Source: Eledone cirrhosa (lineage: Eukaryota). Taken from it: 64,000 nt of DNA. Positions 40,635 to 55,079 of this stretch are shown here, in pieces. The notes under the pieces were generated by a model that was not told where the DNA came from, searched no databases, and saw only the letters and a list, made by a program, of their open reading frames with translations. The translations under genes and the position numbers were made by a program. Each line of letters begins with the position of its first letter. Position 1 is the stretch's first letter. Where the stretch lies: positions 14,880,001 to 14,944,000 of the forward strand of contig OZ024758.1 of assembly GCA_964016885.1 (NCBI GenBank), given 5' to 3'.

Positions 40635-40874
40635 TATTTTGTTGTTGTTGGTATTTTTTAGTATTTTATATTAACTTTTTACCACAAAATGTGTGTTTGA
40701 AAGCTTTTTCTAGACATTAGAATATTGTTGGAGTAAATGTATTTTTTTATTTGTTTCTTTGTTGATTTGTTTGTTTGTTTACAGCTGGGTACTTTCACTA
40801 CTTCAAATCATTCAGTTGGAAGCCTCTTCAGGGTGGATTTTCACCTTCTAGAAATAGCAGCCAAATCTACCTCA

Positions 40875-41060
40875 TAATAATTGTTTTCACTTTTGGCACA
40901 AGGCCAGCAATTATCTCATTGTATTACTGGTACTTTATTTTATCAACCCCGTAAGGATGAAAGGCAGAGTTAACCGTGGTGGGATTTGAACTCAGACCGT
41001 AAAGGGACGTAACTCTATGCTGGAAAGCACGGCGTCCGACCCTCTACTAACACTCCCAAT
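40875..41060 (-). mobile_element. SINE family C
   Basis: Family match; head abutted by the tail of a SINE A. Confidence 0.85.
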
Positions 41061-41398
41061 CATCATCATCATCATCATTTTACATCTGCTTTTCCTGCTT
41101 ACAAGTGTGGGATGGGAACCGATTCTGGCTTGATTTCTACAGCTGGATGCCCTTCCTAACACCAACCTCATTTACAGTGAGGGCTGGGTGCTTTTTTTCC
41201 GTGGTGCCTACACGTCCACTTTGCAGTGGAATGATATGGACCCCAGTCCTATCATCTCATTTCTACAGCTGAGTAAACTGGAGCAATGTGAAATAAAGTG
41301 TCTTGCTCAAGGAAACAACACATCACCCGGTCTGAGAATTGAACTCACAACCTTTCGATTGCAAGCCCAATGCTCTAACCACTAAGCCATGTGCCTCC
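41060..41398 (-). mobile_element. SINE family A
   Basis: Family match. Confidence 0.9.
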
Positions 41399-41425
41399 TC
41401 TCTCATAATAATGCATCTTGAGATC

Positions 41426-41654
41426 TTAACCCTTTAGCATATAAACTGGCCATATCCGGTCAGAATTCCCTCACCTCTTTCTGTTCAAACCGGTCATGAC
41501 TGGCCCCTTAAACCGACATTAAGGTATTGTTCTCAAAATAAATAATATCAAAATCTCATAGATTCGATATTATGTGAGATAATTATGTGAGATAAAACCT
41601 TTACTGTGAAAATATAATAGTAAATATAGAGAAATGTAAATGGTAAAGGGTTAA
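41426..41654. mobile_element. piggyBac-like MITE
   Basis: TTAA ends and TIRs. Confidence 0.88.
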
Positions 41655-41956
41655 AGGACGGCAGGCAAAGCTAACCTCTGGTCGTGTAGGAGACACGGTA
41701 AAAAGGCTTCCAGTGGTTAGTGTTAGGAAGGGCATCCAGCCATAGAAAATCTGCCAGGGACAGTTCTGTACGAGCGAGAGATGGTCTCCCAACCAATCCC
41801 GCTTGAAGTGGAACATAACCGTCCAACCCATGCTAGCGTGGAAGATGGATGTTAAATGATGATGTTGATGATGATATGTGTTTATATATTCCATTAAAAA
41901 TATGGTAATGTTGTAACATGTTTATATATTTTTTTAGAAATATGGTAAGAAAAGGG

Positions 41957-42229
41957 TTAACCCTTTAGCATTTACATTACCCTATATATACAATTGTATT
42001 TTCATGGTAAAGGCTTTACCTCACATAATAAACTCACATAATATCGAATCTATGAGATTTTGATATTATTTATTTTGGAAACAATACCTTACAATCAGTA
42101 TGAGCAGCTGGTTATGGCCAGTTTGAACAGAAAGAGGTGAGATAATTCTGGCTGGATACAGCCAGTTTGAACAGAAAGAGGTGAGACAATTCTGGCCAGA
42201 TATGGCTGGTTTAAATGCTAAAGGGTTAA
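41957..42229. mobile_element. piggyBac-like MITE with internal 44-bp duplication
   Basis: TTAA ends; the left TTAA is shared with the end of another element (AAAGGG-TTAA-CCCTTT). Confidence 0.88.
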
Positions 42230-42605
42230 AGTAGAATAGATGTGACTTATCATTTAGTTGACATATTGGTTGGAAGTGATGTGTTTATCGAATATAGCAG
42301 CAAGATGTTTTGTCTCAAGGTGTAATATTAGATAAACACACGGCTATGACCGTGTCATCAAAACAAATAGCTTCAATGATGAACTTGTATCTATTAGGAA
42401 AGAAAAACAATAACTTCTCATCTTGAATTGTTTAGTTTGTAACTGCATCTATTTATCCATTTATTGATGTTTATAATGGCTGCTTCAACAAGCATATAGG
42501 TGTCTTTATCGATAAAGTACAGTTGAATGGTTAAGAAGTTTGCTTCACTGTCATAGTACTAAGGGTCTGATTCCACTGTATGGTATATTGCAGAAGTATG
42601 ATTTG

Positions 42606-42816
42606 TGAAGGCATATATGGCTTCGTGGTTAGAGCAGAGGTTCAGGAGATTCAGGGTCGGACACCATGCTCTGCAGCATAGAGTTATGACCCTTTACGTC
42701 CTGAGTTCAAATCCCGCCGAGGTTAGCTTTGTCTTTCATCCTTACAGGGGCGATAAAATAAAGTACCAGTCATGCACTGGGGTTGATTTAATCGACTTTC
42801 CCCTTCCCAAAATTGG
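42606..42816 (+). mobile_element. SINE family C variant with an A/B-like first 30 nt
   Basis: GAAGGC...TGGCTTCGTGGTTAGAGCA joined to a family C body. Confidence 0.65.
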
Positions 42817-43266
42817 ACATTCGGAAGGTCCAGGGGGGGAGGGGTACTGGGATCTAAGGGGGTGGTGGGGGTAGTAGAGTTGATATAGTATATTAAAATA
42901 TTAAATATCAAATGATACATATTATATATAAATATAGTCGAATAAAAATGTTAGTGTCTCTGCAGGCATCTGTTACCATTCCTTCTTCACCGATTGGCTG
43001 CAAAAGATAAATCATTAAATCCGAGAGAGATTATAGAAAGTAAAGAATACTTTAACTCAAAGATTTCTTTCAAAGACAACTGGATAATAATTCAGGATTT
43101 TTGATTTCATGAAAATAATCTATATCTTTATATTAGTGCAGGGATAGCAGTGTGGTTAAGATGTTTGCTTTGTAATCATTTGGTCACAGGTTCATCTCCA
43201 CTGTACAGCACCTTCAGCAAGTTTGTGTTGTCAATTGTAGCCTTGGATTGACCAATGCCTGGTGAT

Positions 43267-43495
43267 TTAACCCTTTAGCATTTAAACCGGCCATATCCAG
43301 CCTGAATTCTCTTACCTTTTCCTGTTCAAACCGGCTGTAACTCGTCACTCATACTGACATTAAGGTATTGTTCTCAAAATATATAATAACATCATCAAAA
43401 TCTCGTTGATTCCATATTATGTGAGATAATTAAGTGAGATAAAGCCTTTACCATGAAAATAAAATAGTAGAATAATGTAAATGCTAAAGGCTTAA
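43267..43495. mobile_element. piggyBac-like MITE
   Basis: TTAA ends and TIRs. Confidence 0.88.
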
Positions 43496-43664
43496 ACTCA
43501 AATCATAAATGGATGTAACTATATGCCACAAAGCATGTTGTCTGACGCTCTACCAATACTGCCAATCCACTGCCCCATGTTGTCCTAATACTGCCAGAAA
43601 TATATAGTAAAACACACTCACTGTTGGAAATATGGTAAAGAAAGGGTTAATTGATCCCCACTGA

Positions 43665-44810
43665 CAATGGTGACATGATGACAGCGATGACAGTGTTAAC
43701 ACAGATGACAGCAATGACAGTGTTAACACAGATGACATGATGACATGATAACACAAGTCACATGATGACATGATAACACAAGTGATATGATGACAGTGAT
43801 GACACAAGGGATATGATAACATGAAGACACTAGTGACACAGGTGACATGATGACATGATGACAGGTGACATGATGACACAAGTGACATGATGATATGATG
43901 ACACAGGTGACATGATGACAGTGATGACACAAGGGACATGATAACATGATGACACTAGTGACACAGGTGACATGATGACAGAGGTGACATGATGACATGA
44001 TAACACAAGTGACATGATGACACAATTGACATGATGACATGATGACATGATGACATGATGACACAGGTGACATGATGACATGATGACATGATGACACAGG
44101 TGACATGATGACATGATGACACAGGTGAAATGATGAAATGATGACACAGGTGACATGATGACATGATGACACTAGTGACACATGTGACATGATGACACTA
44201 GTAACACAGGTGACATGATGACATGATGACACAGGTGACATGATGACACAGGTGACATGATGACACAGGTGACATGATGACAGTGATGACACAAGGGAAT
44301 GATAACATGATGACACTAGTCACACAGGTGACATGATGACATGATGACACAGGTGACATGATGACATGATGACACAGGTGATATGATGACATGATGACAC
44401 TAGTGACACATGTGACATGATGACACTAGTCACACAGGTGACATGATGACACTAGTCACACAGGTGACATGATGACATGATGACACAGGTGACATGATGA
44501 CATGATAAGACAAGTGACATGATGACATGATGACATGATGACACAGGTGACATGATGACATGATAAGACAGGTGACATGATGACATGATAAGACAAGTGA
44601 CATGATGACATGATTACACTAGTGACATGATAACATGATGACACTAGTGACACAGGTGACATGATGACATGATGACACAAGTGACATGATAACATGATGA
44701 CACTAGTGACACAGGTGACATGGTGACATGGAGACATGGTGACATGATGAGATGATGACACAGGTGACATGATGACATGATGACACAGGTGACATGATGA
44801 CATGATGACA
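43665..44810. repeat. Minisatellite of GACATGAT / GACACAGGT / GACACTAGT 8-9-mers
   Basis: Direct inspection. Confidence 0.95.
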
Positions 44811-45162
44811 GCTATAACTTCAGTTTTCCCACTTTCACTCACAAACACCAACTTCTTTATATTTTATTCTTTTTTATACAATTAATATTTTTATTTGTGC
44901 AAAAAAATAAAATATATGTATTTTCTTTTACATCAGGACCCCCCCCCCCCCCTCACTAGATCATAACAGCTGCATAAATCAAATTCTATAACGTTACACT
45001 TTTTAAAATATTGATCTGCAAAACTTCTATTATTGATTTTTGATGATCTACAAAGATGAGATTTCTAAATAATAAATAAAATAATGCAAATTCATCAAAT
45101 TAATATAGTTTTATTATAAAATTATAATTATCAATTATTTTTTCTTCTAAATTAATTATTAG

Positions 45163-45509
45163 TGGAGGCACATGGAGGCACATGGCTTAGTGGTTAGAGC
45201 ATTGGGCTTGCAATCAAAAGGTTGTGAGTTCAATTCTCAGACCGGGTGATGTGTTGTTTCCTTGAGCAAAACACTTTATTTCACATTGCTCCAGTTTACT
45301 CAGCTGTAGAAATGAGATGATAGGGACTAGGGTCCCTATCATTCCACTGCAAAGTGGTCGTGGAGGTGCCATGGCAAAAAAGCACCCAGCACTCACTGTA
45401 AATGAGGTTGGTGTTAGGAAGGGCATCCAGCTGTAGAAATCAAGCCAGAATCAGTTCCCGTCCCACCCCCTTGCAAGCAGGGAAAAGCGGACGTAAAATG
45501 ATGATGATG
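45163..45509 (+). mobile_element. SINE family A with duplicated first 11 nt
   Basis: TGGAGGCACA(T) twice, then family match. Confidence 0.9.
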
Positions 45510-45576
45510 AAATTAGTATGGTTTGATAGATTTATTAATATTTTTCTAAGTTTATATTATTACTTTGTAAGCCAAC

Positions 45577-45610
<34 letters not shown>

Positions 45611-45667
45611 ATGATGATATATATGTATAAGTGTGTGTGTACATATGTATGCATCTATGTATATATA

Positions 45668-45965
45668 TCATCATCATCATCATCAACGTTTAACGTCCGT
45701 GTTCCACGCTTGCATGGGTTTGGACGGGGGTAGTCCCACTTGAGGCAAGAGTGATTGTCTTGCTCGCATAGGACTGTCTGGCGGGTTTTCTACAGTTGGA
45801 TGCCCTTCCTAACACCAACCACATTTACAGTGTGGGTCTGGGAGGTTTTTACCGTGTTGCCTACACGGCCACATTACAGCGTGGACTGTGTGTTTTTTTG
45901 TCGTGACACCTACACGATCTCATTTGTTTCGGCCTGGATGGTGTGGCACCAACACAACTTTACAT
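45668..45965 (-). mobile_element. RTE-X-like LINE 3' UTR (one 112-bp unit)
   Basis: Matches 20843-21480. Confidence 0.88.
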
Positions 45966-46084
45966 CGGGGGGAGATGGGGTTATGTTAGCCATCCGCAGC
46001 CGAAACAAATGTATATATATATATATATAGTAAAATAAAATAAAACAAGGATGATTGGTTACTCCTTCATTAAGTTTATTGGTT

Positions 46085-46169
46085 GGTGACGCGCATTTCA
46101 CCACCGATCAGCTCAAGGTTCAATCTGTATCGATCTATCCTGACTCTGTAATCCCCGGCTCGTCAGACC
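46085..46169 (-). ncRNA. Hammerhead ribozyme candidate with long stem II insert
   Basis: ggt-CTGACGA-gccg...(about 50 nt)...tggt-GAAA-tgcgc-GTC-acc, then AATAAA. Confidence 0.6.
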
Positions 46170-46186
46170 CCTTACAATGGTAATGG

Positions 46187-46217
<31 letters not shown>

Positions 46218-46219
46218 TG

Positions 46220-46580
46220 TGTGTAGGTGTCACGACAAAAAACACACAGTCCACGCTGTAATGTGGCCGTGTAGGAAACACGGTAAAAAACTCCCAGCCC
46301 CACACTGTAAATGTGGTTGGTGTTAGGAAGGGCATCCAGCTGTAGAAAACACGCCAGACAGTCCACGCTGTAATGTGGCCGTGTAGGCAACACGGTAAAA
46401 ACCTCCCAGCCCCACACTGTAAATGTGGTTGGTGTTAGGAAGGGCATCCAGCTGTAGAAAACCCGCCAGACAGTCCTATGCGAGCAAGACAACCACTCTT
46501 GCCTCAAGTGGGAAAACCCCCGTCCAAACCCATGCAAGCGTGGAACATGGACGTTAAACGTTGATGATGATGATGATGAT
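46220..46580 (+). mobile_element. RTE-X-like LINE 3' UTR (two 112-bp units)
   Basis: Matches 20893-21480. Confidence 0.88.
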
Positions 46581-46679
46581 GTTATACTTTGGGAGGGTCA
46601 TGTTGCCAATAACAATATCTGTTTCAACACATGCTTTCAGATAAGAAATCTCGCAAAACAAATTTAAAAACGAATTATT

Positions 46680-47615
<936 letters not shown>

Positions 47616-48119
47616 TTTATTTAACTTCCCTCATGGGACCTCTAAAACCTAAGTCTTGTTTCAGCAGTATAAAATACATAACTTTTTATTGCCTTCATTT
47701 ATTCATTTATTCATTTATTCATTTATAACTAATGAAATCAGAATTGGATAAACTCACAATGACGTACAAAGATTTTCTTTATTCATTGAACACAAAAGTT
47801 TTAAGCCTTAAATGTATCAGATTAGCAAGCAGGCATTTTGAAGAAACTGTTGATTAGAGATATATAATTGATCACACTCTCTATAGGATAACAAAACCAA
47901 ACCCCATGGAGAATTTCTCTCCTGAACAACTTACAAAACAGAATTAGTAATATAATGTGCTATTGGCTGTTGAGATAACAAACAATAATCAAATGCTTGT
48001 GTTTCCATAACACCAAGAAAGTCAAGTATAATTCAACCAATGGCAGTGGTATTTGGTGGATCAATAAGTCACTTTAACCTTAAGTTTAGCATTGGAGTTG
48101 ATATTATTGACTAAATTAA

Positions 48120-48665
48120 GGTGATGTCCTTCCTAGCATGGCCAAAGTCTAATGACTGAAATTGGAGTTGATATCATTGACTAAATAATGGTGATGTCCC
48201 TCCTAGCATATCCACAGTCTAATGACTAAAGGTTCTGTCTTTCCCAACTTGGCCACAGTCTAATGACTAATGGTGCTGTCCTTCCCAGCTTGACCACAGT
48301 CTAATGACTAACGGTGCTGTCCTCCCCAACTTCGCCACAGTTTAATGACTAATGGTGCTGTCCTTCCCAGCTTGACTACAGTCTAATGACTAACGATGCT
48401 GTCCTCCCCAACTTGACCACAGTCTAATGACTAACGGTGCTGTCCTCCCCAACTTGACCACAGTCTAATGACTAAAAGTTCTGTCCTTCCCAGCTTGACC
48501 ACAGTCTAATGACTAAAGGTTCTGTCCTTCCCAGCTTGACCACAGTCTAATGACTAAAGGTTCTGTCCTTCCCAGCTTGACCACAGTCTAATGACTAAAG
48601 GTTCTGTGTTTCCCAGCTTGACCACAGTCTAATGACTAAAGGTTCTGTCCCTCCTAACATGGCCA
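48120..48665. repeat. 41-bp minisatellite, about 11 copies
   Basis: CACAGTCTAATGACTA at 48213, 48254, 48295 ... 48623; a single related copy at 18952-18995. Confidence 0.9.
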
Positions 48666-48793
48666 TTTTGGTAGTTTTATCAACACTACCCCAATGATAC
48701 GAATCCAGACAGTGCGAGCAAACAGCCTTATTACACTGTCTTTTAACTGACCACCGCCAACCTTTTGTTCTAGTGGTAACAGGTGGTTTCTCT

Positions 48794-49213
48794 GTTTCTA
48801 CTTTTGGCACAAGGCCAGCAATTACCCCAGTGCATTACTGGTACTTTATTTTATCGACCCCGTAAGGGGTAAAGTTAACTTCGGCGGGATTTGAAATCAG
48901 AACATAAAGGGCCATGACTCTATGCTGCAGAGCATGGTGTCTGATGCTCTACCGATTACTGTTAATCCACTGCCTTTTCAATAAAATAATGATTTCTTAT
49001 ATAGGTATATAGGTACAAGGCCAGCAATTTGGGGAAGGGGAAAGTCCATTAAGTCAACCCCAGTGCATGACTGGTACTCTATTTTATCGCCCCTGTAAGG
49101 ATGAAAGACAAAGCTAACCTCGACGGGATTTGAACTCAGGACGTAAAGGGTCATAACTCTATGCTGCAAAGCATGGTGTCCGACCCTCTACCGATACTGC
49201 CATTACACCACCT
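48794..49213 (-). mobile_element. Two tandem SINE family C copies (48794-48974 and 49012-49213)
   Basis: Family match; TTTTCAATAAAATAATGAT is repeated on both sides of the second copy. Confidence 0.85.
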
Positions 49214-49356
49214 TTTCAATAAAATAATGATAATGAGAGTAAATATATTATTTTTCTATTTTGTGTTTTTTTTTCCTTAAACAAGAAATTGATGTATGGA
49301 TTATTCTCTGTTAAGTCAGGCAAATAAGTTGATTTTCACACCATATTCCCCCCCCC

Positions 49357-49403
<47 letters not shown>

Positions 49404-49406
<3 letters not shown>

Positions 49407-49572
49407 ACACACTAGAAGAGGAAGACCAAGGTTAACGTATGTTGATGCCCTAAGGACAGACACTGGTCTGTTGGAGATGCAGGACATGGCAGCGATAATG
49501 AGGGACAGAGACCGCTGGAGAGAACTCGTCCATGGATCTCGGGAATTTTACCCGCCTTAGATAGAGATAGAT
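49404..49572 (+). mobile_element. RTE-clade LINE extreme 3' end
   Basis: GHTRRGRPRLTYVDALRTDTGL...MRDRDRWRELV...*. Confidence 0.8.
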
Positions 49573-49585
49573 ATATATATATGTA

Positions 49586-50028
49586 TGAAGGCGCATGGCT
49601 TAGTGGTTAGAGCATTGGGCTTGCAATCGAAAGGTTGTGAGTTCAATTCTCGGACCGGGCGATGTGTTGTTTCCTTGAGCAAGACACTTTATTTCACATT
49701 GCTCCAGTTTACTCAGCTGTAGAAATGAGATGATAGGGACTGGGGTCCCTATCATTCCACTGCAAAGTGGTCATGGAAGTGCCACGACAAAAAAGCACCC
49801 AGCACTCACTGTAAAGTGGTAGTGGAGGTGTCACGGAAAAAAAAAAGCACCCAGCACTCACTGTAAATGAGGTTGGTGTTAGGAAGGGCATCCAGCTGTA
49901 GAAATCAAGCCAGAATCAGTTCCCGTATGAGCAAGACAAGGTCAGCCAACCGGACACTGCCCACAACAGGACAACCCATCTAACCCATGCTACCGTGGAA
50001 GAATGGACATAAAAATGGTGATGATGAT
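49586..50028 (+). mobile_element. SINE family A, long-tail variant
   Basis: Family head; its 3' part retains ATGAGCAAG...ACAGGACAACCC seen in the LINE copy at 59958-60385. Confidence 0.88.
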
Positions 50029-50433
50029 AGTCTCCACATATCAAAACTAAAATATGGAAGTGATGTAGTTTAAAAAAAAAAAAAAATGTCTGCAACTAAT
50101 ACGGTTGGAATGAGAAATATAAGTCAAGTGACAAAATGAGATGAGTAAAAACTAGAATATTAATTCCATTTCATTGATCCGCTTCTGTTTGTCTGAAAGC
50201 TGGAATTATAACAGACATCAGACTGCAAAACCAAACATTGACAACCAGGTTTGAAATTTTACAGAAATATATATAAAAAATAAAACAAAACAAGACAATA
50301 TAATTCAAAGCTAAACAACAACAAAACTGTAATAACGACGTATTATATTTTGAGTCAATGTATTTCAATCAACAATATGTATTATATATGTATATATATG
50401 TATATATGTATATATATGTATATATATATGTAT

Positions 50434-50467
<34 letters not shown>

Positions 50468-50760
50468 GTATATATATGTATATATATATATATATATATA
50501 GATCTCTATATCTATATAGATCTCTATATCTATATATATCTATATATAGATATATCTATAGTTTCTCTCTCACTCTCACTCTTTCTCTTGCTCTGTCTCC
50601 CCCCCCCTCTCTCTATCTCTCTCTATCTATCTATCTGTCTATCTGTCTATCTATCTATCTAACTATCATATGTTTATCTCTCTCTATATAATATATATAT
50701 ATTTAATATAGAAATGGCTTCTACAGGACTAGAACTGTTTCATTTCGCAGAAATCATCAT

Positions 50761-50804
<44 letters not shown>

Positions 50805-51361
50805 TATAAATATATATATATATATAATATATATATCATATATATATATATATATATATAATATATATATCATATATATATATATATATAATATATATAT
50901 CATATATATATATATATAATATATATATCATATATATATATAATATATATATCATATATATATATATATATATTGTCCCACGCTTGCAAGCAGGGAAAAG
51001 CGGACATAAGATGATGATGATGATGATAATATATAGGTAGAAATATAAAGAAAAGAAATTTAAAATCCACTCAGACTTTAAGAAGATTTATTTACATTAA
51101 TTTAACTGGTTTCACAATTACAGGATTTTCAAAAGTTATGTGAGATGGACGAACATTCATTGAGCTGTTGATATGAAATGCTTGTAATTCAAGGATCAAC
51201 CTAGTTATACTGTGTCACACTGATTCTGCTTGAGGATTATGTTAAAGACACAAATATTTATGGAATATCTAGCCACATATATTTATTATTCTATGAGTAG
51301 GGAGTTCAGTTGATCAACCAAAAATACTCCTCACTGAAACTGATGAAGTTACATTACTTAT

Positions 51362-51429
51362 TTTACTGATGAAAAGGAACTAAGAGAGAATACCTGAAAC
51401 TAGTCAGTGGTATGAATTTCAATAATAAA
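51362..51429 (+). ncRNA. Hammerhead-like motif with weak stem I
   Basis: CTGATGA-aaagg...cct-GAAAC-ta-GTC, then AATAAA; palindromic stem III ACTAGT. Confidence 0.5.
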
Positions 51430-51469
51430 ATCAACAGGGAATGAATGTTATTCAAGATAAATCTTTAAT

Positions 51470-51917
51470 TTAACCCTTTAGCATTTAAACCGGCGGTATC
51501 CGGCCAGAATTCTCTCACCTCTTTCTGTTCAAACTGGCTGCAGCTAGCCACTCATATTGATATTAACCCTTTAGCATTTGTATTACTCTATACATATTAT
51601 ATTTACTATTATATTTTCATGGTAAACACTTTATTTCATAATTATTTCACATAATATCAAATCTACAAGATTTTGATATTATTTATTTTGAGAACAATAC
51701 ATTAAGCTAAGTATGAGCAGTTAGTTACAGCCGGTTTGAACAGAAATAGGTGAGAGAATTCTAACCAGATACGGCCGGTTTAAATGCTAAAGGTTTAAGG
51801 TACTGTTTTCAAAATAAATAATATCAAAATCTCATAGATTTGATATTATGTGAGATAAAGCCTTTATCATGAAAATATAATAGTATATATACAGTAATGT
51901 AAATGCTAAAGGGTTAA
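51470..51917. mobile_element. Nested piggyBac-like MITEs (inner inverted copy 51563-51798)
   Basis: The inner copy sits at the internal TTAA of the outer copy, which is duplicated. Confidence 0.92.
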
Positions 51918-52030
51918 GTTGACCCAAGTGTATGGGAAGTGACACTTTTTCAATATTTCAAACAGTGGAAAGTAATAAAGGGACTTACGACTACTTCTAC
52001 TTGAATGTTACTAACTTGTTATATGAATTT

Positions 52031-52208
52031 AGGGGCGGTGAATTGGCAGTAGAATCGGTAGAGAGTCGGACAACATGCTTTCTAGCATAGTTGCGTCCCT
52101 TTATGGTCTGAGTTCAAATCTTGTTGAGGTTAACTTTGCCTTTCATCCTTACGGTGGTCGGAAAAATAAAGTACCAGCTGGCCTTGTGCCAAAAGTAGAA
52201 ACAATTAT
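52031..52208 (+). mobile_element. SINE family C with 14-bp TSD
   Basis: TTATATGAATTTAG at 52019-52032 and 52205-52218. Confidence 0.9.
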
Positions 52209-52221
52209 ATGAATTTAGTAA

Positions 52222-52412
52222 AGGGAGTAAAGTTCATAGGCTGTCTATGATGGATTGATGCTAGAGCTGTGAAATCTTACATCCATTAATTTCAACTCTT
52301 CTTAAAAATGACTGCATTGTTTCTACCAGGGACTGTATTGAAAAATAAACCTCATTTAGTCATTCCATGAGAGTATCTTGGTCAGCCTATGAGCCTTTCA
52401 GATGACTCTCGT
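52222..52412. mobile_element. Degenerate mariner-like MITE
   Basis: AAGTTCATAGGCTG ... CAGCCTATGAGCCTT inverted ends; partial copy at 63818-63880. Confidence 0.55.
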
Positions 52413-52590
52413 TTGATACCAAACTGTTTATTTTAAAATGTTTGTATAGAACTAGAAAGCTTCCATCATAATCTTATGTGAAAATATTTGTTATGTTATA
52501 CTTGAAAAGACCAGCTTAATAACGAAAAACAAATTTATGATAAAATCCCTTCAAATATTTGATTAATTTTCAAAATTATAAAAATCTTTG

Positions 52591-53042
52591 TTAACCCTTT
52601 ATCATTTACATTACTCTCTATATATACTATTGTATTTTCATGGTAAACACTTTATCTCACATAATTATTTCACATAATATTAAATCTATGAGATTTTGAT
52701 ATTATTTATTTTGAGAACAATACCTTAACATTGGTATGAAGGGCTGCTTACAGCCGGTTTAAACATAAAGAGGTGAGAGAATCCTGGCAAGATACAGCCA
52801 GTTTGAACATAAAGAGGTGAGAGAATTCTGGCTGGATACAGCCAGTTTGAACACAAAGAGGTGAGAAAATTCTGGCTGGATATGGCTGGTTTGAACAGAA
52901 AGAGGTGAGAACATTCTGGCTGGATATGGCTGGTTTGAACAGAAAGAGGTGAGAGAATTCTGGCTGGATACAGCCAGTTTGAAAAGAAAGAGGTGAGAGA
53001 ATTCTGGCCGGTTATGGCTGGTTTAAATGCTAAATGGTTTAG
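52591..53042. mobile_element. piggyBac-like MITE with internal 44-bp x6 expansion
   Basis: Units at 52757, 52801, 52845, 52889, 52933 and 52977. Confidence 0.88.
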
Positions 53043-53239
53043 TGCTTCAAACACCAGATTGATAATAAGTAAGTCAGTTATATAACAAGTTCTTCCAAAT
53101 TCTTGATTATTTTCAAAATATTTAAAGATTGCAGTGTCTTTCAATAGAAATATAATAATGAAAGGGTTAATAGTAAAGACACTCTTAATACTATGGTATA
53201 ATTAGATGTGTTTCTTTTGAATTTTTATGATGACGCCCA

Positions 53240-53770
53240 AATATATATATGTGTGTGTGTGTGCTTGTGTGTTTGTGTGTGTGTGCTTGTGTGTTTGTGT
53301 ATGTGTGTGTGTGTTTGTGTGTTTGTGTTTGTGTGTGCATGCTTGTGTGTTTGTGTGTGTGTATATGTGTGTGTGTGCTTGTGTTTTTTTGTGTGCGTGT
53401 CCTTGTGTTGTATTTTTGTGCTTGTGCTTGTGTGTTTGTGTTTGTGTGTATATATGTATGCTTGTGTGCTTTTGTGTTTGTGTGTGTGTATGTGTGTGTG
53501 CTTGTGTGTTTGTGTTTGTGTGTATATGTGTGTATGCGTGTGTGTGTGTATTGCTTGTGTTTTTTGTATGTGTGTGCTTGTGTGTTTGTTTGTGTGTGTG
53601 TGTGCTTGTACGTCTGTGTGTGTGTGTGTGTGCTTGTGTGTTTGTGTGTATGTGTGTGTGTATGTATACACACATATATATATATATATACACATATATA
53701 TACATATATATATATATATATAAATACACACATATATATACATACATATATATATATACATACATACATA

Positions 53771-53816
<46 letters not shown>

Positions 53817-53883
53817 TATATATATATATACACACACATATATATACACACATATATATATACACACATATATATATATACAC

Positions 53884-53923
<40 letters not shown>

Positions 53924-54072
53924 AGATATATACATATATATATATATATACACATATATATATATATACATATATATACATATATATGTAAAAGATCTAT
54001 TTAAAGTGTTGGGATACAACAAGCAAATATTTTTATAACTGATATAAAGCACTCAACAAATATTGTATATAC

Positions 54073-54121
<49 letters not shown>

Positions 54122-54265
54122 TATATATATATATATACACATATATATATATATATACATATATATATACACACATATATATATACATATATATATACAC
54201 ATATATATATATATACATATATATATACACATATATATACACACATATATATATATATATACACA

Positions 54266-54303
<38 letters not shown>

Positions 54304-54343
54304 CATATATGTATATACATATATATACATATATATATATACA
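53240..54343. repeat. (TG)n and (TA/CA)n tracts
   Basis: Direct inspection. Confidence 0.95.
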
Positions 54344-54429
54344 TCTGGCAAAGTTACTGATTTGCATCATGTCTGTCAGAATGGCAATGAAATGTTTACA
54401 GAAGCCAAAGACAGGATTTGTAAATATTG

Positions 54430-54811
54430 ATTTCTTTATTAGCCACAAGGGCGCAACAAGAAAGGGGACAATACAAAGACATGCCGGGGATTTTACATAC
54501 AGTCGTGTAAAAAATATAAAAACAAACAATTTCAACAATCGAAATCCCCAATAGGGGGGAGGCGCCACAAATGGGTTGTTTAATACCCCGTCGATAGAAC
54601 AACCCTCAACTCAAGGAGCGTGTTGTGCAAGTGCTCCTTTCTTCCTTTTGCTCTCTTCCTCAACCTACAGGCTTATAAACAGAGAAGGCCCAATCACTCG
54701 GGCCATTTTTGCCACATTCACCCACCTTTCAGTAAATTTACTGGGGTGCAGTGCCTCTCTCTCCACCCTGATTCTCCTTCTAAAGTGATACTTAAAGAAT
54801 GGAATCAATTG
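54430..54811 (-). mobile_element. 5'-truncated L1/Tx1-like LINE with 12-bp TSD
   Basis: QLIPFFKYHFRRRIRVEREALHPSKFTERWVNVAKMARVIGPSLFISL*; TTGTAAATATTG at 54418-54429 and 54812-54823. Confidence 0.85.
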
Positions 54812-55008
54812 TTGTAAATATTGGAAGATAGTTAGGTCATGATTAGAGAGAGGGGGGAGGGGGGATACGGGATATGTTATTGCCTTATATGGTGTGGTGT
54901 GCTTATATTAAGTGAAATGTTTAGAAGAAGAACAAGGAGGAGGAGGACCAAATCAACCACACCATGATTTGAACTCAGAATGTATGATCATAATAAACAT
55001 ATTTAGTT

Positions 55009-55079
<71 letters not shown>

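Noticed and set aside
43550-44851. Cys/His-rich metal-binding-like ORFs
   Set aside because: Translations of an 8-9-bp minisatellite whose units do not keep frame.
51095-51135. Hammerhead-like TTGAAAA...GAAAC-ca-GTT on the minus strand
   Set aside because: Two core substitutions and no convincing stem II; at most a decayed remnant.
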